From Adineta vaga (Eukaryota; Animalia; Rotifera): a stretch of 64,000 bases of DNA. Made by a program: the position numbers and the translations under genes. Shown here one piece after another: positions 41,470 to 54,108 of the stretch; the first letter of the stretch is position 1; the number at the start of each line of letters is the position of its first letter. The stretch spans positions 9,734,001 through 9,798,000 of the forward strand of contig CP075493.1 of the NCBI GenBank assembly GCA_021613535.1. The letters are read 5' to 3'. A model generated the notes under the pieces. It saw nothing but the letters and a program-made list of their open reading frames with translations. It was not told where the DNA came from and did no database searches.

Positions 41470-44400
41470 CGAACAACGACAACAACAATAACAACGAAAG
41501 ATACAACATGTGAAAAGAATAATTTAGACAGATATTAAATATGAGAACAAGAAACTGTCTGACTAACTAACAAACAGACAAATCCTATTGTTAGAAATAG
41601 AACAAGTTTGAATCTAGAGTGAAAGAAAAAAAAATGATGGAAAATGTCAAAGTAAACGAATAATACATGTGACGAACGATATCGTAGGCGAGTGTTAAAT
41701 GACACGTTCAAATTTAATTCGTGATCAAGTGAACTTTTTTTTTCTCTTTTAAAGAAGAACAAAAAATGCAAGGGAAGTATATTTGTTTAGTGAATACTTA
41801 TAAAAAGTAAATTGACCAAATGTATATATATATACACGTACATATACATACACATATGTATACTCATAAATGATAAGTATGCGATTACTTTCAATATTGG
41901 AAAAAATAGACTAAGATTCAATTAGTTTCTTTATCAATATAGCAGAAGAAATGTGTAGATCATTAACTTAAGCTTATGCGAACAATAAATCTTTACTAGC
42001 TATTGTTTGCTTACGTTCTGCATTGATGAAAATATCAAATGACACTCACCAAATGAACGATGTATTAGCCCAGTAGCATTATTAAAACAATACGTAGAGA
42101 AAGAGACGGATGCTTGACCGGATAAATAGCCAGAAGGCGATAGGCTATCACCAGCTGTTGTCATGATCGTCGTTTATAATGAAAAAATGTAAAGAAAACT
42201 CCTCACGTTTCGTTCGATTTCTGCTAGCACGTTTTATTGCCAAATGTTTATTTTCTAGTCGTGCATACACTTCTGACGATCGGTTGGTATGTAGTAGTAG
42301 TGCGTGAAGATATCACTACCATAACATACCTTTTTCTTTCTTCCTTTTTTTCTCTGCTATTTTTGTATGTTCATCGTTGCTGCGAGACGACGACGACAAC
42401 GAACTGAACGGATGAATATATATGGGTTTATATATATACGAGTATGTGTACAAGTGTGTTCCTTTTGTGCGACTGTATGTCACCTAGGGATTCACTTTGT
42501 GTATATATATGTGTAAAGAAATAACATTGTTATATGTACAGTTGAATACAACTATTTCTTCTTTGCTTTTAATCATCAGGTATGGACAGTGAATTGAGAA
42601 GTAATCAATGCGAGGGTTGATGAAAAGAAACAGGGCGGATCAATCTAAAATGTTCAAATCATTCTTTTTACTTTCGTCTAATTAAGTACACATTTACCTC
42701 GTTCCTATATCGAAATTCTCATAACATTCAATTATTGTTTTCGATATTGATCGACAAATGTTCAGAGAAAAAAAATTGTTTTAACACTCAATTCTTCCGA
42801 TTGTCTTTATAAAAGAATACTTGTAAAAAAAATTAATAGAAAAAGAAAAAAAAAAGAAAAGAGACCTTCGCTTGAAAGTTGACATGTCTAAAATATGAAT
42901 TGACAAATTCTCCTATATTAACGGCAGCTAAAAACAGGAACAAAAACTAAGAGACAATGAACAGGGAGGAAAGAATGTAATGATTTCATATGGTGAAAAT
43001 TTTTGCGAATCAAAAGCAATTTCATACTCTCTCTCTCTCTCACTCAAGGGAATCAAAACAATATGTATTCTATTTATATTCTGGTAAAAATAGAATTTAA
43101 CATTATTTGAAATTCTTCAAACTGTCTAAAAGCTTTAAAAATAATTCTTTTGGAACAATAGAGCGCCACCTATCGACCCTTTAAAAATCCTTATTACTAA
43201 AATTATGTTCAACATGGAACATATGTAAGAAGTATTTTCTAAAATATGTTTTCAGGTTAATTTCAGTAGATAACTCTATAAGAAAATTAAGATATGATAT
43301 TTTGTATGAAGATGTTTCGTTTGAGTTTGTTTTAGAATGTTATGTAAACTAATTGTTAATAATGTCTCTTCATTATTGTCTAGGGCTAATATTATAGTGA
43401 GATCGTCAAATTAGAAGCAAAAGTTGTGCTTATTAACTTTGACATGATTCATTAAATTGCTATATGTTGGTTCATTCGTTCTTTTACTTTTTTTCTGTTG
43501 GTCTTACATCGAATCTATCGGATATTGCACAGTCTACTTTGTGGATCACTCTGCATTCGTTTCCATTCGTTCATATCACGTTGCTCATAAAAGTATCCCC
43601 GATGGTTGATTGTCCTATTCTTCTTAAATACTCTGACATTGAAATCCAATTTTCTAAATAGTGTTGTTAATTTTCTACTAAAAATACATGATGACAATAC
43701 GACATCTTTACAAAAAATTAATAAAACATATTTGTCCATCATCACGGGCCCAATGATACGCCATTGTATACGGATAATATCGTTTGGCCTGGTTACTTAT
43801 TCCTCAGTTTTATAGCCAGGATACTCAGATGTTTGGGTAAGTTATAATATGTCTGCTTAATTTTCTTCTTTGATTCCTCTCGTCGAAATAAATCTAGTCA
43901 CACACGGGCAAATGTCTCAGACCTTAACTATTAAGCATCATGTTAGAATAACTCCACGAGCTGATCATGATATTGTTAACCGTTGTTATTGAAATCACTT
44001 TCTTCTGTAATTTCTAGAGCGCATTTATCTTATCAAATAATATCTACAGATATACTGAAAACAAAAATTATGCAATTTGGAAGAGGAACGATGTGTAATG
44101 TATTAGTGATGACAGAGGTAAGAATTATGAATATGTTATGAGATTAGTGAGATTTTCTACAAATAAAAGCTTTGAGAATAAGTGACTATTTAATTCCAAG
44201 CATAGAAAACAAACAATCAGTTCAATATCGAGAAAGCTTTTTGATTACTCACTATATCGATTAGCGTCAGAAATACTTATATTCAGCGTATTGTCAAAGA
44301 TGGTATGTCAATCAGTAAGCCTGAGTAAATATGTTTTCAGAGTAATGAAAAAAAAGACAATAAAATGAAATATTTTTGAATATCGATGGTTGAGACACTT

Positions 44401-46229
44401 CGTGAATATCCGAGTTAGTTAGATAGATTACCGATTTATTTGCTGAATAAGATTATTATGATTTTTCTTTTCGAAATTCATCTGAGAATTCTTAATTGAA
44501 AGACATGTTTATCTTCATTATTTCTTTTAATATTGCAGGTATCTTCACCGTCCTCAATTATTGGACAATCGTCGTCAATGATCATGGTTTTCAAGAATCA
44601 AAAGATGAACTGTTTTTATTTGGCTCATGTTATAAAAAAAATAGAGAATATGTCTTAGGGTCGATTTGACAGAATATTAGCTTACGACTAAAAACTGGAA
44701 TACTTGAGTGTTATGTAAGAGATAGATTAAAATTAACATAGGTTCAGTAAAGAGTCTAGAGAAATAACTCTCTATGGAGAGAAAACTCGCCATGAAGAAA
44801 GAAATACAAGGGATACACACCAAGTTTTCAGTTAATAAGGCCTAGACAAACGTTTGCATATCTAAAGTGTAAATATATCTTTCATTCGCTGCATCAGATA
44901 AAGTATTTTCTCGAACTGATATCGTGTTGATGTTTGATAAAAAAATAACATTAACAAAAAGTTTCTTAGAACAGTGATGTTTTTACAACAAATTCACGTC
45001 TAGGTTGTTCAACATTTCGAATTCTTTTCGTACTTTATTCTAACACTGACATACTCATAGATTATAAATGAATATAAACAGAAGAGAATTATCGGAATAG
45101 GTATATCTAGATTTCATAGGAGAAAAAAAACGCATTGTTGAAAGGACATAGGTTGATTGGCAATCGCAAAGTTAATATACGAGACTGTACAGCTAGATCT
45201 TTGTTTGAAATGCAATTGTTTTAGTAACATCTATTTTCTTTTTAGTCCTTCAATTGACAGACCTCTCAGGTAGTGATGATAGTGACTGTCATGGTGATGC
45301 TATCATTGGGTATGTTTTTGAGCGTCGATGCTTTTTTCCTAATTTGTTTAAATAAAATGAATTAAAAATCAAAAAAATATTTTCCTTGTTTAAGTATAAT
45401 TTAATTGTCAAAAAATGTATCGAATGAAAGGTTAGAACGTAAGATATTATGCGATTTGAGGGCAAAAGCTAGGCAATATGAATGTGAAAGGATGCTTATC
45501 GACTATATATAGCAAACGTTCCCATCATGAATAATCCAACATCACAATCTCTTTTGTCTGTTTATTGGACTGATAGGAAACGTGAGGTGAAGATGAAATC
45601 ATAGAAGATACATATGCATCATAAAAAACCTTCTAGTTAATATTGAAAAATCTGAACTAAATGAAATGCTTGCTAGATAACTATCTCAAACATCAACTGA
45701 AAAATATTCCATCTGTGAAAAAAGACTTTTGACATCAAAATATCCGTTGGCCATTCATTGTCACTTATGACAATACAAGTTGCTCTAAGTGAAGTAAAAT
45801 ATTGTTGCATTATAAAGAAATAAGTGAATGATTTCTTTTGAATTCTGTCGAAAGTATTTCGCGCACCTTCGATAAACACAGTGAAACATTCTTTTCATTA
45901 ATGTATTTTACTGACACACATAATGAATCATTCCCATATGACTCGTTCATTTTCTTTCTATTTTTAAGATGCTATCATTTTACGTAGGAGTTCGTTACCC
46001 TGCGCTGTTATTAGGAAATATAGATGTAAAATTGTTCATCTTGAACAAAAAAAAATAATGTCCAGAACTTTACAAGTCGATTCAAATTTTTATAAAAGTG
46101 TTAAAAGAAAAAAACTAGAAAACAGACGTCATGGAACAATTTAACAATAAAACGTTATTTTTCAACTGTAGATATCATGTCATAATTCAATACAAGTATG
46201 ATATTCAAAAAGAGTACAAGATAAGTTTT

Positions 46230-46793
46230 TTAATCATTATTCTGTATTGTTCGTTGTGTATTTTGATTCGATGAAGCTGGTGTTGGTCGTTTACTGTGTC
46301 CTGTTGTATGATCATGTGTTCGTTGTTGTTGCATAGCGATATCACATGGTGTGTATAATTTACTATTTTTGCTTAGTTTCAAATGTTCTTTATGTTCTTG
46401 AAAATCTTTATTCCATTCACGTACGTCATATATACCTTTTGCATTAGCTATTCTTTCTCGATATTCTGCGTTGGATTGTGATGTACGTAACGTTTGTTGA
46501 CGACGCGTTGGACTAGTCGAATGATGTGTTGCTGGTGCATGTATAGTTTTCGATCGCATAATACCGAGTAATTTTCGTAATTTAAAATCATTTTCTTTTG
46601 CAAGTTGTTTCTTTCTTTCTTGTGCTTGATGATTGTAATGTTGAGTTAGGTGAGGATATTCAGTTGGTGTACTAGTATCTAAACCACTTCGACGTTGCAT
46701 TTCACCAATCTTTTTTAAATGTGCTTGTTGTTTACGATCTTCACAAGATATTTGAACACGTGAGAGACGATTGACTGTCACATAACCTGACAT
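46230..46793 (-). CDS. CFAP97/KIAA1430 (hemingway)-domain protein, intronless CDS
   Basis: The pattern HLKKI...LDTSTP..YPHL...LAKENDFKLRKLLGIMR...NAEYRERIANAKGIYDVREWNKDFQEH resembles CFAP97D1/2. Confidence 0.6.
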   Translation of the reverse strand: MSGYVTVNRLSRVQISCEDRKQQAHLKKIGEMQRRSGLDTSTPTEYPHLTQHYNHQAQERKKQLAKENDFKLRKLLGIMRSKTIHAPATHHSTSPTRRQQTLRTSQSNAEYRERIANAKGIYDVREWNKDFQEHKEHLKLSKNSKLYTPCDIAMQQQRTHDHTTGHSKRPTPASSNQNTQRTIQNND

Positions 46794-47233
46794 GATAATA
46801 ATCTAGAAGAGACAAAAGAAGAAAAAAATGACTAGTTGATAATCTCCGCCATCTCTCTTGTTCCTGAGAGGCCGCTCGATTCGATCTTATCTATCGACTG
46901 GAGCATATAAATACTAATCGCAATTTAGACCACATATGAGAGAGATGAAATGAGATGAGATAGATACAGTTAGTTATAGTTAAATTCGATTGTGAAAAAA
47001 AGAAACTACAAACGTGTGTGCAAGTATATAAAATAAAAGTGTTTTTCTTTGTTACATTTTTTCAACGTTTACTAAGCTTCCATTGAATGTGTCGTCGGTG
47101 TTGCACCACGAACAAAAAAAACAGACGCATATACTTCAAATAGATTTTTAACTAAAAAAAAGAAAGAAAGAAAGAAAAAGAACTTATTAACGACAAATGT
47201 ATAAAAATAACATTACATATTTGACCGATTTAG

Positions 47234-48783
47234 ATGGATAATGATGATGTGATACCAACATTAGTTGATGAAACAACAAAAGTACCAGTAACTATTCTAA
47301 CTGGTTATCTTGGTATATTGTTTAAATGCTCATATCTATATGATTTGAATGATTTCTTCTTTTTTTTTCGTGAAAGGTGCTGGTAAAACAACATTACTCA
47401 ATTATATTCTTACGGAAAATCATCAACGACGTATTGCAGTTATTTTAAATGAATTTGCTCAAGGTAGTGCGATGGAACATCTCTTATTAACAGCAACAAC
47501 GGATGACACAGATGGTAATGGTCGTCAACGTTACGAAGATTGGCTTGAGTTACGTAATGGTTGTTTATGCTGTTCTGTCAAGTAAAGTATTGAAATAAAT
47601 GAAAAGAATCGATGAAACCTTTTTATTCTCGTTTGTCTTCAGAGATGTCGGTGTACAAGCAATTGAACAATTGCTTGAAAAACGTCGAAATCATTTCGAT
47701 TATATTCTACTCGAAACAACCGGTGTCGCTGATCCATTACCAATTGTGAAAATGTTTTGGTTAGATGAAGAATTACATAGTGATTTGATTCTTGATAGTA
47801 AAAATTGTAATAAAGATAATTTTTATTTATCAATTATGCTTTATTTAGGTTTAATAACTGTGATCGATGCTCATAATGGATTGAAAGTAAAAATTGAAAT
47901 GTGACATCTTTTCATGCATTTGACATATTTAGAATTATGCAGATGATCGTCATCAAGAAAAGGCCTTATGGTCAAGGTAAACGATTATTATCCTTGGATT
48001 TTATTTTACAAAAAAATTTCTAATAGACAAGTGGCAATGGCAGATGTAATCTTAATCAATAAAATCGATTTAATTTCTTCAGAAGAAAAGACGAAAATAA
48101 TTGAACTTGTTCGGTATAAATAATAACTATTCATATCTACATGTTCATTCAATCTTTTCATCGAGTGTAGATCAATAAATATCACTGCACAAATCTATGA
48201 AACAACACGATCATGGTATATTTGACCTTGTGTTTCTCATTTATAAAAGACATTCTATTGATTTGTTAGCATTGACTTATCACTTATACTTGATCGGAAT
48301 GCTTATAGTAAGAATTCTCCACCTGATTACTTTTTGAAAAATATTGCTGATCAAACAACAACATTAATACCACATGGACATCAAGTAGAGCAGATGAATA
48401 ATTTTCTTATGTTTATTATGAGATCTTTTTACTAGATGCTTAGTTCTATAACAATGGAATTCAATGGTGAATTTGATTATGAAAAACTTGATCAACTGAT
48501 CATTGAATTATTATGGAATGAACAAAATTCCAATCAAGAAATTGTTCGAATGAAAGTATGTAAAATCTTTTCTTTATCTTAGTAATTTAACTTTATTATT
48601 TAGGGTGTTCTTTGTTGTCAAAATGAATTAACTTATAAACTTTTACAAGCTGTTGGTCAAATGTATGAATTTATTTCTACAAATGAAAAACATAATGGTA
48701 GTCTACGAAATTGTCTTGTTCTTATCGGATCAAATCTCAATCAAGAACTTTTACGAGAACAATTTCAAAAATGTTTGAAATAA
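47234..48783 (+). CDS. ZNG1: Zinc-regulated GTPase metalloprotein activator (ZNG1/CBWD, COG0523)
   Basis: [42 protein letters not shown] (CxCC), [18 protein letters not shown] and C-terminal RMKGVL. Confidence 0.93.
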
Positions 48784-48828
48784 AAGAATAAAAACAAATG
48801 TTTGTTGAAAATGATAGATGTTATCTAT

Positions 48829-49269
48829 TTATTTATTTACTTTTCCTCGAACATAGTTGGTTATATCAATTTCTGGTTCGAATAAAAATACATGTAATGC
48901 ACGTTCATTTTGTGCTAATGGATGAACAGCTATTTTGTTAATGAAAATTTCTAAACCACGTCGTCTTTCTTCAATAAAATCATCTTGAAAAAGGCCATTA
49001 TCTTTTCGAAATGGCAATTGTCTTTGCCAAGCTTTATCAGGTAAAGGTGGGACAGCTATTTTCGTATCGGCACGTTCTAATTCTTTATGTAACCATTCAA
49101 AATCAGAATAACGTCGATGAATAACTGATTCATTCTGTTTAAATACTGGTAATGTTGTTTTAAATTTCACTGTATAATCAACATATCGTTTTGATCCAGT
49201 ACCACATATCACCGGTGATGTGACTTCAATCTGAAGCGATGGTTCGCTTGTTTGGACGGCGTTAAGCAT
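48829..49269 (-). CDS. SNX3: Sorting nexin 3/12 (PX-only), intronless CDS
   Basis: TTLPVFKQNESVIHRRYSDFEWL, VPPLPDKAWQRQLPFR, FIEERRRGLE and HPLAQNERALHVFL. Confidence 0.93.
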   Translation of the reverse strand: MLNAVQTSEPSLQIEVTSPVICGTGSKRYVDYTVKFKTTLPVFKQNESVIHRRYSDFEWLHKELERADTKIAVPPLPDKAWQRQLPFRKDNGLFQDDFIEERRRGLEIFINKIAVHPLAQNERALHVFLFEPEIDITNYVRGKVNK

Positions 49270-49377
49270 GTTTGTGACTATGTGTTTGTCAAAGAGATGA
49301 ATATATAAATGAGATAAGATATCAGCTTACTTTTTTCTTTTTCTTTTCAATAGGAACATTATAAAAATGATGTTATT

Positions 49378-51117
49378 TTAGAGAACAAAAGAAAAGAATA
49401 ATGTACAAAAAAAACAAACTGTTCGAAATGATGAAAATTTGTTCATAAAACCTGAAGATGATAAGGATTGAATAGATTGATATAAATTTCCATCACGTAA
49501 ATATAATTTAACTTCTTTACTCTGAACATGTGATCCATCTGTACAACGATAGGAACCAATATCAGTTGGACGAGAAGCAAGTATACTTAAAACAGTTACT
49601 GTTGCGTTAGGTAATTCAGTCGAGATTGTCATATGACTTGCATCGGACAGAAGTGGTTTACCATCTTTAACAAGAAAAGAAGATGAAAAATTTATGATAA
49701 TTTTGTTGTCGCATGAAATTTTACCTTTTAACCAAGTTATTTTATTACGTCGTACTCGATATTGTCCAGTAAAATTACAAAAAAATTCTGTTCTATCGCC
49801 AACTGAAATAAGAACATCACTTGGTTGAATATTCACAATAACATCTAGAGAAAAAGAGAAAGATTCAACAAATACGAACTTCAATATCTCATTTATTAGA
49901 ATGATATCTGTTTATGCTCGATTTTTAACTCAACCGTGATTATCTCTTCCTCTCCCTCTCTCTCTTTGTCGATAACATATGTTTGTTCTTTCCGATTCTT
50001 TTTTCATATAAACATTGAATACATATGTGTATATATCTGAAGTAATGATTCATTCTTTTTGATCCTCTCATGCTTTTACCTTCAACGACAAGTTTAACAT
50101 TAGATCGTGCTGAAATTTGACCATTTCTTTCGACAACATGACATTGATAATGAGCAGTATCGGATAAACGTATATCATTGATATGTAAATCCCATTTTGC
50201 AGGTGAAAGGCCATGATCAAAACTATAATAAGCAACACTAATACGAGAATCTTTCGTAATTAATGATTTGCCAACACTTAATGGTGATTGACCAGCATCA
50301 GTTATTTTATACCACATAACCTATTTCAATGATAATACTTAGCTTGATTTACTCATTCTTTAGAACTTACTCGTTCAGGATCCATAATTAATAAAACAGC
50401 TTTACAAGGCAATATCACGGATTGCTTTAATACACTCGTTATTATATGTTCCTGTTCCGATCCGGTTGATAATTCAAATGGTTGTTGCTCAATCGCTAGA
50501 GCACGATAAACATCTACATGAAACATAATAAAGAGATCAATAAATAGAGACCGGACATTGCATGTCTTTTTTTTGTCTTAGCTATTCTAAATGAATATTA
50601 GGGGAGAAATGATGATCTAACTTCTTCTTTTTCTTCTTCCTCAAAGATCATAGTCTGTGATTGTAGTATTTCTCTGAAATTAGACACGCAAGATGCTTGA
50701 AGCAACATCCGTTGTCCACTCCTACTTAGAAATTGTCTCTCCAATTGTTTTTCTTTCTATCACTTGAACAATATGTCACTAAAATTCAAGCGAGAAGAAG
50801 AAGAAGAAGAAGAATATTCTTAATGATGAATAAATAGAAAATTGAAAATAGCTTTTCTGAAGAACTGTTCAATTGAATCAATAAGACGATATTCATTACG
50901 TATACAAGACATGTTACTCTTTGGACTATTGATTGAAGAATCATTCACTATTTGCATATGGTGCTCAATTCAAACGATCAGCATTTGACGTCAAGTTACT
51001 GTTACATTGTATCGTTTCTTTTTTTTCCTAATAAAATTCAATATAAAATCATTTGCTACTTACGACTAGTGAAGATAAATAAGATCAAAGTAACAAAGTT
51101 AACCATCCGTAGTTCAT
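49378..51117 (-). CDS. Two-Ig-domain cell-surface protein (Dpr/ZIG-like), signal peptide plus hydrophobic C-tail (GPI-type); start at 51117 needs a 1-nt correction, otherwise 51106
   Basis: Ig1 SVILPC...VMWYK...WDLHINDIRLSDTAHYQC. Ig2 EFFCN...ITWLKDGK...LSILASRPTDIGSYRC. The protein ends in a hydrophobic tail. Confidence 0.8.
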
Positions 51118-53109
51118 AATTAATGATTTAATTGTTTGATTCGTTGTTGTTCAAAGTGAGGTGATCGTATTCTAATAATAATTTACGCGTGTGTAACTCA
51201 TCTACTGTCGAGGGAGCATTTTTATGGCAATTATGAGAGACGAATGAATGAAAGCAATAGAACTGAACAGTTCCTTCTTCCTTTTTCTCCCTCTCTCTTA
51301 CACGCTCTCTCTCTCGGTCTCTCTCTTTGCTCGTGTCGAAGAGAAAAAGAAAAGGAAGAAACGGATGATGACGAAAAAATGACTAGATCAACATGAATAC
51401 ATAAACAAAAGTAAATTGAAACATAAAGAATAAAAGACAGATAGACAGATATATAGAGATTTAATATGATCAATTGTTTCAGCATATGAAATAATGTATG
51501 AACATAAGATATTTTTAATCGTTTTTTTTTGTTTTCTTCTCTTCTTTTTTTTGTTGCAAATCTTTTTTTGTACATGTCCTTGAGTACCGTAAATCTTATA
51601 TTATTTCCTATTGAATATTTTCCAAATGACATGCTTGTCAATCATTATAGCTATTGTTCGTTAACCCGAAGGAAAAGCTTACAGTCAGTGTATATCATAT
51701 GATTAAAGGATATCACAAAAACGCCTCGCCTTGAAGCGACGAAAAGTAGGAGAAAAAAGGGAGAGAAAGAGGAAGAAGTCAATGCAATTTATTTGTCCAT
51801 GATTTCAATATTGACATGAATGAGAATGATTGACTTGGTTTTTTATTATTCTTAGACGAGTCAATCAATCTGAAAAGTCCTTCTAAGATTCTTCAGTTTC
51901 TTCGTTGATAGTTAGCTCCTACTGGTCTCTTATTCACCCCAGGGGTATGCTCTCTGACCACAGGGTGGTACATGATTGCATCATTGTATTACTGCTTTGT
52001 CTTGATTCTTTTCTTCATGATGATGATGTCAAAGTTGTATCTCGCTTGCACCATTTTTTCTTTCTTGTTCGAAATTTTGTCGATCTATTGGAAAAAGCGA
52101 GAATGAATACATATCTCACAAAATAGATTAATTGTCAAGCGGAAACGGATGCATAGTATCTCGCTTGAATTCTAATTAGTTTATATCTGTGATTAGAACT
52201 GGTCAAAAATAACAACAAGGATGTATGTTTGAGTAATTTTATTGATTTTAGTATTTGCTTATTGACCTTGAATATGATCGACAAAAAAAAGAATCATATT
52301 GAACAAGTCAGTGTTATATGATTAAGATTTCTATTCAATATTTTCTCTGAGAGTGAACGGATGCCTCTCCTCTTGATCGATAGGATGTTCAATGATGAAA
52401 AAAAAAGAAGAAGAAAATCATGTGTGATTATAATGAATGTCGAAAAGGAAAAAAGAATCTATGAAACAAAGAGAAAGAAAGCCGAGAAAAAAAGAATGAA
52501 AGAAAACGATAATTGGCATTTTCTTTTTCTCATTATATTGAAAAGCCCCAAGGGAATTTTGCTTGAATCTTCTAATCATTTGTATGCTAAACTATGACCC
52601 TGTAAATTGCTCATTCTAATATGTTACGATGACAAAAAGAAAGATCTTCTACATCGAAATCCTTTCTTTAGTTTACAAAAGATCATGTCAAGAATATGAT
52701 GAGGTCGGAAATCGAACAGTTGGATGTTTTAATGTCTGCTAATGAACACATCTAATAGAATCAGCAATTGTATTACAGACGGCTGCACGAGTATGGACAA
52801 TGTGTTACATGGAGAGTGAAGTTTTGTGAATAAATCATTCACGAATAAAATACAATGATTGCGTTCAGATAGATCTGTTATTCATCTTGATAGTATAAAT
52901 GGATGATGATTTAATCTTTGCAGATCTATTTTCTTGTCTCGAGCTTTCCTAACGAATATTTACCATCGGATATCATTGTTTATGTTTACAATATGAAATT
53001 CAATCATAATTCATATATCCAACTAATATATTTTTATGGAATGCAGTCAAATAAATAAAAAAAAATCAATAATTCTTCTTATTAATTATTTCTTTCTTTG
53101 CTCACAACT

Positions 53110-53986
53110 TCAGTTAGATTGAAACGTCTTCCAAACTTCTTCCAAATCTATTTCTTCAAAATTCTTCACTGTTCGCCATGTTCCGTACTCTTCCAATGTT
53201 TCCTTCTTTGCTGATGTTAATATCCCAATACATTTTATTTGAGCCGTCACTGCAGCACGAACGCCTGCTATTGAATCTTCGAAAACGACACAAGCATTTT
53301 TATTAATATTCAAACGTTGAGTTAGTTCGAGATACATTTCTGGATTTGGTTTACCTTTTTTTGTGTTAAAAAGACAAACTCAAAAACTGATTTGAATGAT
53401 GTGATAGAGAAAGAAAACATACCAATTCCAAATTCTTCAGCAATAACAACAGCATCAAAAAATGTTTTTATATCAATTTTCAATAGATTCAATTCAAATT
53501 CTGTTACTTTTCGAGTTGCATTCGTTGCTAATCCTAATCATATAGAAAAAAAAATCGATTTCAATCATTATTGATTTCGTATGTTTACCAATTTTTAATT
53601 TTGATCGATTTTCTTGAATATAAGCAATAATTGTTTCTAAACCCTTGGTCGGTTGAAGGTTTTCTTGTGCTAATTGATAAAATAACAAATCTTTTTTCTC
53701 TCCTACATCTTTTCGTTTATCGTCGGATACATCTGGTAATAATGCACGCGTTATATCATCATTAAATCGACCTATATATGTATATAAATAAAGAAATCCA
53801 ATGATTCATCAATAATCTCTCTCTCTATCTCTATTTGCTTTTACCTGAAATATTTTTATCATAAAATTCTCTATCAATTTCTTGTTGATGAGTATTAATA
53901 TCAGCAAGAATTTTCTGCCAAGCTTGAAAGTGTATTGAATCGGAATCAGCTAATGTTCCATCGAGATCAAAGAGAATTCCGTACAT
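53110..53986 (-). CDS. HAD-superfamily phosphatase, CbbY/beta-PGM type, resembling plant Sgpp and bacterial homologues
   Basis: ILFDLDGTLADSDSIHFQAW, FYDKNISGRFNDDITRALLP, GLATNA, GKPNPEMY and VVFEDSIAGVRAAVTA. Three introns. Confidence 0.88.
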
Positions 53987-54108
53987 TATTTTGCTATTTT
54001 CTAGAAAAATTTCTTTATTTAAAATATAATAAATACTTTAATAAATATCATTCTATTCGTTTACAAAATACAAGAAAGTGAAAGGTTGGAGGGATATTTA
54101 TGTCATTC

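Noticed and set aside
43464-43815. Overlapping short ORFs, possible transposase relic
   Set aside because: No DDE, RT or other motif recognisable in any frame.
45673-45879. Possible F-box/LRR relic
   Set aside because: Resemblance too weak and interrupted to support a call.
51231-52600. ORFs 51231-51641, 51905-52126 and 52361-52597
   Set aside because: Built from GA/AAG simple repeats upstream of the Ig gene; no coherent exon chain.
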